Shown piece after piece: positions 13,903 to 26,000 of a DNA stretch of 64,000 bases. The stretch is from NCBI RefSeq assembly GCF_037042905.1, contig NC_087250.1, positions 5,768,001-5,832,000 of the forward strand, in the 5' to 3' direction. This DNA is from Lytechinus pictus (Eukaryota). The position numbers and the translations under genes were made by a program. Numbering within the stretch: position 1 is the stretch's first letter; each line of letters starts with the position of its first letter. The notes beneath the pieces are model-generated. The model searched no databases. It was not told the DNA's origin and saw only the letters and a list, made by a program, of their open reading frames with translations.

Positions 13903-16449
13903 TACACCACGGCGCTTCCACATATCCTTCTGACATTAAAATTTAAGAACATTCATCATTGAATACATCAAAATAAAAACCCAGATCCAGATATGCAATA
14001 GCAAGCCCGGCACCTGAACGAAAACAAAGTATCAATCATTTTCAAAATTAATCCTTGATTTCATCCGCCCTGTGTTTATGAAAACAACACCAAATATTAC
14101 CAATATTTTCTTTTTTATGATTTTAAAGCTTAAAAATTATTTTGAAATTATCTTATTAAATCAATATTCTTTGGTACGAAGCTTCCAAGCAAAGCTTGAG
14201 TAAAATGCGAAGTATTTATATATGTAATATAACACACTTAAACAACGTTTTTTCATTTCTGGGAAGAAAATATGTTATCTTTCTTACACGTAAACAGTAC
14301 ATGGCATTTCAACTTTAGAAGGTAAGACCACCCCATCAAACTCTAATTTGAATAAAAAGATGAAAATCAAATAAGTTTCGCTAAATAAAAAAAAATGAAT
14401 GAAAAAAAATATACGCATATCCTGGTCGGTATATAGATGAAAGGACTGACGACATCACCATTTCATTATTCTTTTGTATTTGACTACATGAAATATGAAA
14501 TACATTAATTTTCTCCTCATTGTCATGTGAATCAATGATTTATTCCCACCTGAATATGTGGAATAAGTATTGTTTTAACATTTTGTGGTCCCATCAAGTT
14601 AGCGACTATTGTATAATCCCCCCCCCCGAAAAAAACCCCAGAAGAAATAGTCAGTGAGGGACATCATTGACTCTCTCATTTGAATGTTACTAAGATGTGC
14701 ATATAACTGTTTTGTCAGTGAAAAATAAGCGAAAGTTTAAAACTTTCAGATTTTACATCTTATTGTGGTGAATTTTCAACGATATGCTTGTTTCACTTTT
14801 CGCCATTGATTCAAATCAACATTTTTCTGTGGTGTACTTGACCTTTCAAGGAGAATAAAACAATTGGAAAGAGTATACTTGTGTGATAACAGAAAAATAA
14901 ACGAAACAAAACCCTATACGCGAAAATTGAACAGAAACAAATATTAAGGAAGTTATGAACATTTAAACGAAGCGTTTTTTTTATTGTGTAGTTCTGTTAA
15001 AAAGTAATCAGAGACCATACAGTTGGCAGGAAGCTGCCAAAAGCGTGACTTCCGGAATTTAATTACATCCTCGTGCATGTCAAACAGACAAAAAACCCTC
15101 AGATCAATGACAAGACGGTAATTTAAAGGGATTGAGTAACTCTGAGGAGGTTTGTATATAATTTCATTGTAGTTCCCTACATGCAGTGGCGGCACCAAGA
15201 GGGGAGGAGGCATCCCCCATTATCAGCGTTGCCTCCCCCCCAAAAAAAGAAAATACTAATCGTATTAAATAAAATAAAATAAATAAAAGAAACAATAAAA
15301 TAATTTTTCATACATATGATGACAAAATTTCCTTAGAATGTCCTGACCCTTTGTTAAAATAATAGGCAAAAAATACCAGCTCGCGCTTCGCGCACGTATC
15401 ATTCATTAAATGTGATCCACTTCATAATTTTCCGACACAGTACTTGAAAAAGTGTTGAAATTTACCTTTTTCAGAGCGTAATATCAAATGTCACTCAGCT
15501 TGCTTGCATTATTGATCTTCATGATTAAAAAAAAATGTATTCAGATTGCACAGATTCTAGGTCTAAATCTAAAACATGTGCACGCACGTTTAATGAGATA
15601 GCCTGTATGTTAATCATCCAGTTTCAGATCAGAATATTGTCTTCTCGCGCCTCACGATCGCACTATTAATGATACCCAATTAGCCATATATTCATGATTT
15701 ACAAAATATGAATAGAGTGCCCCGCTTTTAGGTCTAAAATCTCAATTTTCTTCTACTCACGCTTCGCGCTCGCGTCAATTGCTTAGTAACATACCTATCC
15801 CATTTATGAATACATAAAGTGCTTAGAAGGTAATTGTTTAGGCCATGGAATGTAAACAAGTTTCAGCTCGCGCTTCGGGCTCCCATTATTGAAATATGTA
15901 CCATATTCGTGGGTAGCTGTAAACAGTCCTTTTTCCTATCATGTCAAAAAATTCTGCTGGCGCTTGGCGTTCGCAGTAATCGTCTAGTTACATACGCATC
16001 TTGTTCAGGATTACAAACATTGCATGCCCAGAATTTTAAATTGTCAGGATAATACATGAAAGATAAAAAAAATAAATCACTCGCGCTTTGCGCTCGCACT
16101 TTTTATATGGGGCGTAGGAGATTATCTAATATTTATGGTGTTTTATAAGAATAGAGCTATTAGAAGTGACTGATCGGGGAAAATATAGGTGAAGATAATT
16201 TCAGGGCCCACCCCTATTGGCGAAAGTCGGATCCGCCCTTGTGACACATACACAAACATAAAAAAAAATATCCCCCCTGAAAAGGCAAGGACCCCCCAGT
16301 GCCCCCCCCCCCCCCAAGGAAAAAAAATCCTAGCTACGCCATATCGTAAACAAAATCATCTGTCCAGCTTTGCAAGACAGTGTTTTACGACGGGCCCAAA
16401 GTCTGTTCCGCCAAATCAATATACCGTCGTAAAGTCCAAGCGAAAAGTG

Positions 16450-16728
16450 GGATATGTGGCATCAATTAAATGGCAAACTTGAACCACAGAGGATATGAAA
16501 GTGGAAGTATCCTCACACGGAGCGCCCGAAATCATGACTTGTGAAACAAACACCCCGTTTGAAAGCAAGACATTGAGCACACTGAGCCAATAAAAGTGAA
16601 ACTTCATTGTGTGCCAACTCTTAATAGTCACTTGATAAGACAAGCTTCTGACCAACAACCAATATAGGTCGTTGTGTCTCAATCGAAACAGTTTTTACAT
16701 TTCGATAGAGTTTGTGTTGAAGCAGACC
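16450..16728 (+). promoter_or_regulatory. Proximal promoter/5'UTR of gene A with IRF/ETS-like motifs
   Basis: Alignable with 52556-52802. GAAAGTGGAAGT at 16497-16508 is identical at 52597-52608. CCAAT at 16587 is directly followed by IRF-E-like AAAAGTGAAACT at 16592-16603. Confidence 0.45.
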
Positions 16729-17019
16729 ATGGGCGCCAAAGGGTCAAAGAAGTCAACCATTGACAATGCTGACCCCGGAAGTGGTCTAGCAGGCAATGGT
16801 CAGCGGGACGAAACGCCTTCAGGCGATCCTAAGCCTTCGGTTGAGACCGGGAGAGATGCGGCTGTGAGCTCCACCGAAGCGGTTACAGCAACCCAAGCGG
16901 TTGAGACGTCGGGTGCGCAGGGAGCCTCAGGAGGTGCAGGCACGACTCCAGCTACGGAGTCCAGTAAGAAGGAAGCCACGACGGACATTCTTGATACAAC
17001 AGGGAGCTCAGAAAAAGCG
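16729..17019 (+). CDS. Gene A exon 1: MGAKGSKK myristoylation motif + low-complexity A/T/S/E/G tail (97 aa)
   Basis: Start context accATGG; donor GCG|gtacgt; paralogous exon at 52803. Confidence 0.9.
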
Positions 17020-20000
17020 GTACGTTAATTGCACAGCAAAAACTGTGGTGTTAACCGGTGTACATAGAGGACCACACCAGTTATTTTACACCGGTGTTAA
17101 ATTGGTGGTGTTATTTTTACACCTATAGGTGTTATTACAACACCTATGGTTGTTACATTTACACTTTTTGGTGTTATGTTCAATCTCTAGGGTGTTATTT
17201 TAACACCTCAGGGTGTGGTCCTCTATTAACACCAATTGGTGTCAGTTTTAACACAACAGTTTTTACAGTGTGTATACGCTTAAAAACGTATCGTTGCATG
17301 TGTGTGTGTGTGTGTGAGGGTGTGTGTGTGTGAGAGAGAGAGGGTGTGTGCATGAGTGTAAATATTTGTAGATTTTTAAATATTTATTTTGCCCATGATA
17401 TCTGTGATATCGGCTCCCGACATTGAGCTTAATTGAACCCATCGTCTGTAGCGAGTACCAGCTATAGCTCATAACAATAAAACTATCGTACCAGAAAATC
17501 ATTAAGATTGTACAAAAAGAAAACGAAATGATTTTTTATGGGTTTTATCATTCCTTTTGTCCCTAATTTTCAGATTTTTCCAGCTCACTGGATTGGTTTT
17601 CGAGAGATATTCGTACAGTACATTCCTGGTAAACCCTACACTCTCACCGAGTTCGGTGCCCATCTTTACTCCTCTAATGGACTGCATGGACGCCATGAGT
17701 TCAGGGCTATCGACGGGTCAGGATTGGCTAAAAAGGTTGGATTGAGGTAGGTTTGTGGCTTTGTGCTATAGCTCAGTTTTAGTTTAGTTTATTTCACTTC
17801 CATTTTCTGATAATAAACATAACAAACATATATACATATGTATGAATGTACAAAACAGAATAAGTGTCATAAGAATACTTCAATAATTAATTAACAAATT
17901 CGTAGGAAATAGATGGAATATATACAATTCTTTTGTTCCAGATACATTTTGATGATTAGACAAATAATAGATTACGGTTAGCATTTAAAAATGAAAATGA
18001 GGGACTTATTAAAAAGTGAAGCTTGTAATTGTAAGTCCCTTAGGATAAATTTATAGCAATCTTAATCGTATGTAATCAAAAGTAAAGTAAGACAATCTAG
18101 ACCATATATGAAGAAAGGCAAAATAGGTTTGAATAACAAGGAAAGTAAAGGGGGGGGGGGCAGTAACTACATAGGTTAGGGGGATAAGGGAATATTAAAA
18201 AACTGGGGGAAAAAGAAAACAAAAACAAAAAGAAACGATTATGTGTCCAGCAGAAAAGGGATAGCTAGTCTGCAAGCAAAGACTCGAATACAACACTAAC
18301 TGATATACATGTATAAAATGCCTGTTCATCTCACATTTTTGCCCAGTGCTATCTATGGATAATAATGTATTATTTAGTGTGATGTAAAATGATGTTGTAA
18401 TGACACCCAAATTGATTATTCTATTTCTGTCGTATTTAAATGGTCAATTTGTCAAGTGCATTGACTGTTGTTATTATTACCGCTATTGTTACTCATCATT
18501 GTTATTATTATTACTACTGTATTATGACAAGGGTAGGAAATACGGGGACATCCCGATAGACCGCGGGTCCGTTAGACCGCGGGTCCGATAGACCGCGGGT
18601 CCGATAGTCCGCGGGTCCGATAGACCGCGGGTCCGATAGTCCGCGGGTCCGATAGACCGCGGGTCCGATAGTCCGCGGGTCCGATAGACCGCGGGTCCGA
18701 TAGTCCGCGGGTCCGATAGACCGCGGGTCCGATAGTCCGCAGTGTGTGTAAAATTATGATCAGATATATCAAATGTCATCGAGAGGTCCAAAGGTCAAAT
18801 GATACGAGGCCATGGGGTTCTATCAGGTGCGGATCCATGGGGGGGGGGGGGGGCGAGGGGGAACTGCCTTACCCCCCCCCCCCACCCCCAGCTCAAAAAA
18901 AGAGGGGGGAAGAGGGGAAAAGGAGAGAATAAAAAAGAAAGAGCAAGATGGGAAAAGAACAGAATAGAAAAGAGAGTAAGAAGGAGAAAGGAAGAGAAGA
19001 AAAAAAAGAGAAGAAAAGGGGAAAGGAAAGACAAAGAAAATGGGAGAAGAAAAGGGGAAAGAAGAGAAAAAAAGAGAGGAGGGAAAAGGAAGAGGAGAAA
19101 AGAAAAGAAAGGAGAAAGTCAAAGGAGGAAAAAGAAGAAGAAAAAAAGAGGAAGGAAGAGAAGAATATTTAAATAGAGGAAGATGGGAAGAAAGATAAGA
19201 AAAAAGAGAGAGAGGAAGAGGGGAAAACAAGAGAAGAAAGAGAGAGAGAGAGAGGGGGAAGGGGGGGGGAGAGAAAAAAAAGATTAAAAGAAAAAAAGGG
19301 GGAAAGGAAAGAAAAAGAAAAAGGGAGAAGTAAAGGGGGAAAGAGAAAAAAGTGGAAGAGGGAAAAGAAAGAAAAGAAAAGAACGGAGTAAGGAAAAGGG
19401 GGAAAAGAAGAAGAAAAAAAGAGGAAGGAAGAGAATAATATTTAAAGAGAGAGGAAGATGGGAAAAGAGAAGGAAAAAAAAGAGAGAGTAAGGGGGGAGG
19501 AAGAGAAGAAAAACGAGAAAAGAGAGAGGAAAAGAGGAATACAAAGAGAAGAAAAAGAGAGAGAGAGAGGAGGAAAAGAAGAAAAGAAGAAAAGGGGAGA
19601 GGAAGAGGGAAAAAGAAAGAGAGAAAAAAAGAGAAAGGAAGGAATGGGAATGAGGATAAGAGAAAGAAAAAAAAGAAAGAAAAGGAGATGGGAAACGGAA
19701 GAGGGAGATGTTGACCTGGACGTCGATTTGATGGCGCCAAAATGACGTTCGAACTATGGGGCGCCGAACTGATGTTTGAACTGGGAGGGGGCGCCAAATT
19801 GATGTTCGAACTAGGGGAGCGCTAATTTGAATTTTGACCATAATGCGACAAATACATGTTTCAGAGAGGGGGAGGGAGGGCAAAGTTATATTTCACACGG
19901 GGGCGCCAAGTTTATGTTCAACCGAGGGCGCCAAATTGACCTTGAACTTAGGGGGCTTCATGCAAATTCATTTTCGACCGGGGGCGCAACATTGCTCGTA

Positions 20001-23000
20001 TTGCCTGTTTATAGTGAAATATATGTCCTGCCCAAAAAACATAAATTAATGCGGCTGAATTAAAATATCCCGTTTTTACGATAACAGACAAAAACAATGT
20101 TTTCGAGTTTTAAGTCTGTTTAGCGAGATAGATACCCTGTTCAGGGTCACGTAAAAGGGTTATTATCGAATTCAGCTCGGGCTACGCGCTCGCAATATTT
20201 GATTAATGAGGTATGCATCCTCTGCATCAATCCCACATGTAAGTCAGTGTTTTTCAAGTCAACATACATAGGCCGATCCAGGGGGCAAAGATTTTGCCCC
20301 CCATGGTGGCGCAAAAAAGGGGTAAGAAACAGAAAAAAAAAGAAGAGAAAAGGGACAAGCAATTAAAATAGGAATTATACCTTAGTCCTTCTTAAGTCAG
20401 TATATAAAAAAATTGAGCTCGCGCTTCGCGCTGGCATCAATAAATTGTTTAGTTATATACGCATCCCGACCTTACAGTTTTTTATGCGAACGAGAAGCAC
20501 AAGCTGAAAATATTTGATATTCTAACCTGACAACTGAAAATGTATTTTTCATTTCATCATTATAAAAGTTTTCATCTAGCGCTTCGCGGTCGCATTCATT
20601 TCATAATAGATATGCATCGTGTTCATCATAACAACTACTATCATAGGCGGATCCAGGCGGCCCGAGGGCAACCTCCCCCCTATTGACAGGGCAAATAAAT
20701 TGGGAAAAACGGGGAAAGAAAAAAAGGGGGAACGAAAGGGGAAAAAAAAGAAGACGAAACATAAAAGGAGGAAGACGAGTGAATAAAATAAGGTCAGGAG
20801 AAGACTTTGAAAACAATTTTTGAAAATATTTAATGTCACTATATTGAAGTTTCGCTCGCGCATCGCGCTCGCATTGCCTGTTCGATGATTTACATATCTT
20901 GCTCAATATGCTGATATGTAGTTTAAAATATCAAGTTTTGATATCAATATACAAAACATAATTCAGCTCGGACATCGATCTTTCATTATTTTGTTTTATT
21001 TACCAATTTATGTTTTTAAGTGCTCTGGAAAATGTCCGTTTTATGGTTTGAATCAACATTTACAACATTTTGTGCGCTCGCACTATTTGCCAAGTAGGCC
21101 TGCCTATTGTCTTTTTGTATTTCCAAGAAGTTTCTATGACTGGAGTTCCAACAGGCAACAAATATTTATTCAAGCAGCTGTTCATTTCTAAAGAAGCACA
21201 AAAGAAAGAACGGCAGTTAAGACCGTTTTGATGTCCGCCTTCGAAGTCGCCAGTTTCAGTGAAGAAATCCGAAAAGTGAATTTTACGAATATCCATTAGG
21301 ATCAATTTTCCATCTTTTATATTAATAAACAAACAGAAATTTGTACGCATGACAAGACATCAATAACCAAGCGCTATTACGCTGAGATATTTGCCCAGAT
21401 TATATCAATTTATATACCTTTAATAAATTAGTGGAAAAAGTAAGAATTTGACCTTTACTGAAACCAGATTTTAACACTTTTCCGATCGTTTGCGGCAAAT
21501 AAAAATTTCAAATGTGGTCGATGGAATATTGCTATTCATTATTGTATATGCCAGATGAGTGCCCGCACATGCCCAGTCGAGGAAATTTGAGTCATATTTC
21601 AGGACATATTGCATAGTTTTTTTTCGCATGCCTCCGAATTATGTACTACACATATAACCAGACCAGATGCGGCGAAAAAGTAATTATCATCACAATAGCA
21701 TATTTCCCTTTATAAATGACCTATAGCTGCGGAGTCACGCGGGAATCATTTGTCTACACAATTGCAAGAGATGTTGAGCAAAGTGCATGCCTGACATACT
21801 TTCTGCTGGCGGCTTCGAAGCTTGTTCAAAGGGATTTTGTTTGCTGTTACTCCATCTCATTTAAACCTCCTTGGTATTTCATATAAGATTCTCTAAATAA
21901 ACCTTTTCAGGTGTCTCGATTGTAAAAAAAAATAATAAAGGCCTATGAGCTAGCGCTGTGCGCTCGCATTTTGATTGGTGAGTTATGTATACCTATATTA
22001 ATTCTATAACAAACTACTTAAATCCCCCATTAAAAAATTCCGGATCGCGATTTGCGCTCGCATTATTTGCTAAAAATATATCAACCAATGAATCCTATTC
22101 ATGATTACAAAAATACTTAAAATATCCAGTTTTCAGGCCTCATGCACTGTCAACAAATTTTACACACTCATAAGGCTTAACAGATTAATAAATATGAAAT
22201 AAAATTTGTATGAATTCATAATACCTAAATTGTCCCTTTTTCAGAAATAGATATCGACAAGTTTTAGGAAAAGAAAAAGAAGATAGTCATCATTCTTATA
22301 TGATGACAAAATGTCCTCGCATTATTTATATAGTGCTATCAAATTTCCCTATATACACAGTGCTGTAAACAGTGCTTAAATTGACCTTTTCATATCGGAA
22401 TTTCAAATATTATTTTCAGCTCGGGCTCTGCGCTCGCATTATTGATTTTTATGATGAAAAATGAAATGTATTCAGATTGCCAGGATTCTGTCTAATTCTA
22501 AAACACGCGCACGCATGTTTTTTGAGATACAAAGCTTGATCTTATTCAAAACGTGCTAAAATTATCCAGTTTCGGATCAGAATATCAAAAATTTTCTGCT
22601 CGCGCTTTGCGCTCGCATTATTATTGTAGGAAGATACCAAAAATTACCCATGCTTTTTCATGATTGACAAACATGAATCGAATGTCCCATTGGGGGATTT
22701 GAAATCTCATCTTTTTAGGTAGGAATATAAAAAAATTTAGCTCGCGCTTCGCGCTTGCATTATTTAATCGTTGAAATATGTATCGTCTTAATGGCTAGCT
22801 AACTGCAAAACATCCTTAACAGGTCCCTTTTTGACTAGGCCACTGGGACAACCCCTTCAAAGAAACAAAAAAAAATCAACTTTGAGCGGCCGATCGGGGA
22901 AAATATGGGTGAAAAAATGGTCCCTCCCCCTATTGGCGGAAGCTGGGTCCGCCCCTGACTTAGGCTTTCAGGATATAATACATGAAAAATCTATTTTAAA

Positions 23001-26000
23001 AAAATCGGATCGCGCTTCGCGTTCTCATTTTTTATTTAGGCCTTGTGAGATACCTCAATGTGTTTTTAAGAATGAAATCTCAGATTTTCTTTAACGTCTA
23101 CCCCCTCCCACTTCATTTATTTTTGTTTAACTTGGTGCCGTCGCCACCCCCCCCCCCCCGTGCACCCATGCTGTATAAATACGCCACTGATGAGGAGAAT
23201 TAGTCGATTGCTTCGAGATTGCATTATTCTCAAGAGGTTATCATTAATATTATTGAAGGGTATTCTAAACAACAGTACAGAAACTACAGCTCCCGTTCAC
23301 ACAATATTCCAGTAGGGCCTATACTCTGGTAAGAAGTTAAACCAAATTGAACCTCCCCCCCAAAAAAAAATCGCTCGTGCTTCGCGCTCCCATTGATATT
23401 ACATTATATATTCATGGATTTTTTTTTTCAAGAACACATGAAAAAATTGTCTTTTTTTTATGTGATTATAAGATAATTCAAAATCCATTTAAGGCACTTA
23501 AGTTAGCCTGGCCGGGAGGGAGTGGGCGCCATTTTTCGAAAAGTACACATGGGCGCCAAAAATCAGGTCAAATTCCCCCCCCCCTCCCTCCCCACGAAAT
23601 CCTGGATCCGCGCCTGGGTTCTATAACAATAACCCAATTAGGGCAATCACCCCCTGACAACTACTTCAAGGAAAATATTATCCCCATATTTTTACCGCCG
23701 GGGACTGTTACCCCCCCCCCGGAAATTTACCCTCCAGACAATTACCCCGGATAATTACCCCTAGTACGGAGCCTTGAAAATGCCATCAATGTGACGACAT
23801 GGCGTGGTACTTTATCTTGCCATGTCTTAATTAATCACTGGCGGCGGAAGGCAAAAAAAATTAGGGGGGTCCACCTGAAATGTTGGGATGGACACAGGTA
23901 AAAAATTTGACAAGCAAATCAACCAAAATTTATAGGAGGGACTACCAACATTTTTTTACAAAAAAAAAGGTTATCAACCAAAATTATGGGGGGGGGGGGC
24001 AAAAAGATTTTAGGGGGGTCCACCTCAATTTAGGGGGGGGGGGACGTAGAAAACAAATTGACAAGCAAAAAAAAAGGTTCTCAACTAAAAATCTAGGGGG
24101 GACCGTCCCCCATGCACCTCAAATTTAGGGGGGGGGGGAAGGTCCCCCCCCCCCCCGCTTCCACCGCCTAAGTAATTTGTACGCTTATTATATTTCGACA
24201 TAGCGATATATTCTATCTTGTCAAGTCGATATGTCGACATGGCGAGATATGAAGTGTACAAGTCCCGGCGAGAATCCCGATATATCGCCATGTTAACATG
24301 TAACTTATTTAAGTCGACTTTGCAAGATAAAATAAGTGGGCTGACTTGGCAGGATAACGTATCGCGCCATGCGGACATAATAAGCTTATAGTCGACAAGG
24401 CAAGATAAAGTATCTCGCCATGTCTTCAAGTCGATGGCATTTTAGAGGCTCCGTATGGCGTCTAGAGGGTAAATTTCCGGGGGGTAACAGTCCCTGACGA
24501 TAAAAATATGGGGATAATATTTTCCTTGAAGTAGATGTCAGGGGGCGATTGTCCTTTGGGTCATCGTTATAGAATCCCGTGGACTCGTATCATTGGCCTT
24601 TTGACCTCTTGATGACATTGGATCTCACTATATCCTGATCATAATTTTACACACACCGCGGACTATCGGACCCGCGGTCTATCGGACCCGCGGTCTATCG
24701 GACCCGCGGACTATCGGACCCGCGGTCTATCGGGCTGTAACCATTTCCACATGAGTGTGCGTGTGTGTCAATATAATTTCAAAGTGTGGCGACCTTGAGG
24801 AGTATATTTCCACATGAGTGTGCGTGTGTGTCAATATAATTTCAAAGTGTGGCGAACTAGAGGAATGTATTTCCACATGAGTGTGCTTGTGTGTCAATAT
24901 AATTTCAAAGTGTGGCTACCTTGAGGAATATATTTCCACATGAGTGTGCGTGTGTGTCAATATAATTTCAAAGTGTGGCGACCTTGAGGAGTATATTTCC
25001 ACATGAGTGTGCGGGTGTGTCAATATAATTTAAAAGTGTGGCGATCTTGAGGAATATACTCCAGGGGCCAATTTTATTAAACATTTGCAACAGTGGCAAA
25101 TCACATTTTCAGCGTCATATCTTTGTTTCCGCAGCAAATAAAAAAAAGCGTCAAGTACGCGCTTCATAAAAGTTTGCCGCAGAAAGCATCTGCGGCAATA
25201 TTGACGAAGATCAGATTGTGCCAATATTATTTTGAAAGTGTAGCGACCTTTAAGAATATACTCCAGATCAGAGTGTGTCAATACAATTTCAAAGTGTGCA
25301 TGTTGACCTCAAGCAAGCTGTTCCAAAGTCCGTCAGTATATGCACTCTGGAACAGATTGGCCACCATGAGGAATACATTCCACACTGAACAAATTAATTT
25401 CAGTGTGGCCACTTTGTTGAAAGGGTGGCTTGGGGTGTACATTCCACAGTGTAAACAAAGGAATTTCTTAGAGCAGCCACCATGTTTTAATGCAGACCTA
25501 AAATCTGTATTAGCAAGCATGTTCATCACGTCAATAAAATACATTGATCCTTTGCCCTGTACACTATCCTGCCATTAGTCACGTGATTACCGCTATGACT
25601 AAGCAATTAATATTTCCACTTTCAGTCAATACTTTTGTTATAATAATTTTCACTTTCATTGCACTTTTGTTATAATAATTTTCATTTTAGAATTTGTCAA
25701 ATCATTCAAATCCATTCCAATACAGGATTCAACGTAAAGAGAAGTGTAATCGAAAGTCATTAAACAAAAAAAAATCTACAAAATTGCGCCAGCGGCAGTG
25801 GCGTACTTAGCATTTTCCACAGGGGGTGGGAGGCAAAACCGTCCGCCAAAAAAAATTACAATAAAAAAAGGTCTTCAATCGCATATATAGGATTTCGTAC
25901 CAGGAAAAAAATTGACAAGCAAAAAAAAAAAAGGTTTTCAAGCTCGTCGGGGGGGGGGGGGGGGGCAGATATACATCCTTTGGATCATTGCATGGGTTGT

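Larger units (their letters stand above)
18544..24742. mobile_element. Foldback-type element with 16-bp tandem repeats in both arms, carrying nested insertions
   Basis: (gggtccgatagaccgc)n at 18553-18741 is inverted at 24657-24735. Inner arms 18742-18823 + 23617-23740 are inverted at 24460-24656. Confidence 0.8.

Noticed and set aside
15045..15062. TTCCGGAATTT as a STAT or NF-kB site
   Set aside because: Imperfect match to either consensus, and no counterpart seen upstream of gene B.
16672..16728. N-terminal extensions of ORFs 16672 and 52650
   Set aside because: They begin at TTG. The true starts are the ATGs at 16729 and 52803, which have good context and give Gly2.
18823..19883. 324-aa and 199-aa F/L/S-rich ORFs and K/R/E-rich opposite-strand ORFs
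   Set aside because: Artefacts of a polypurine tract inside a non-autonomous transposon.
24743..25057. Regularly spaced repeats resembling a CRISPR array (also 62628-62870)
   Set aside because: Whole units repeat with no unique spacers, no cas genes are present, and the context is eukaryotic.
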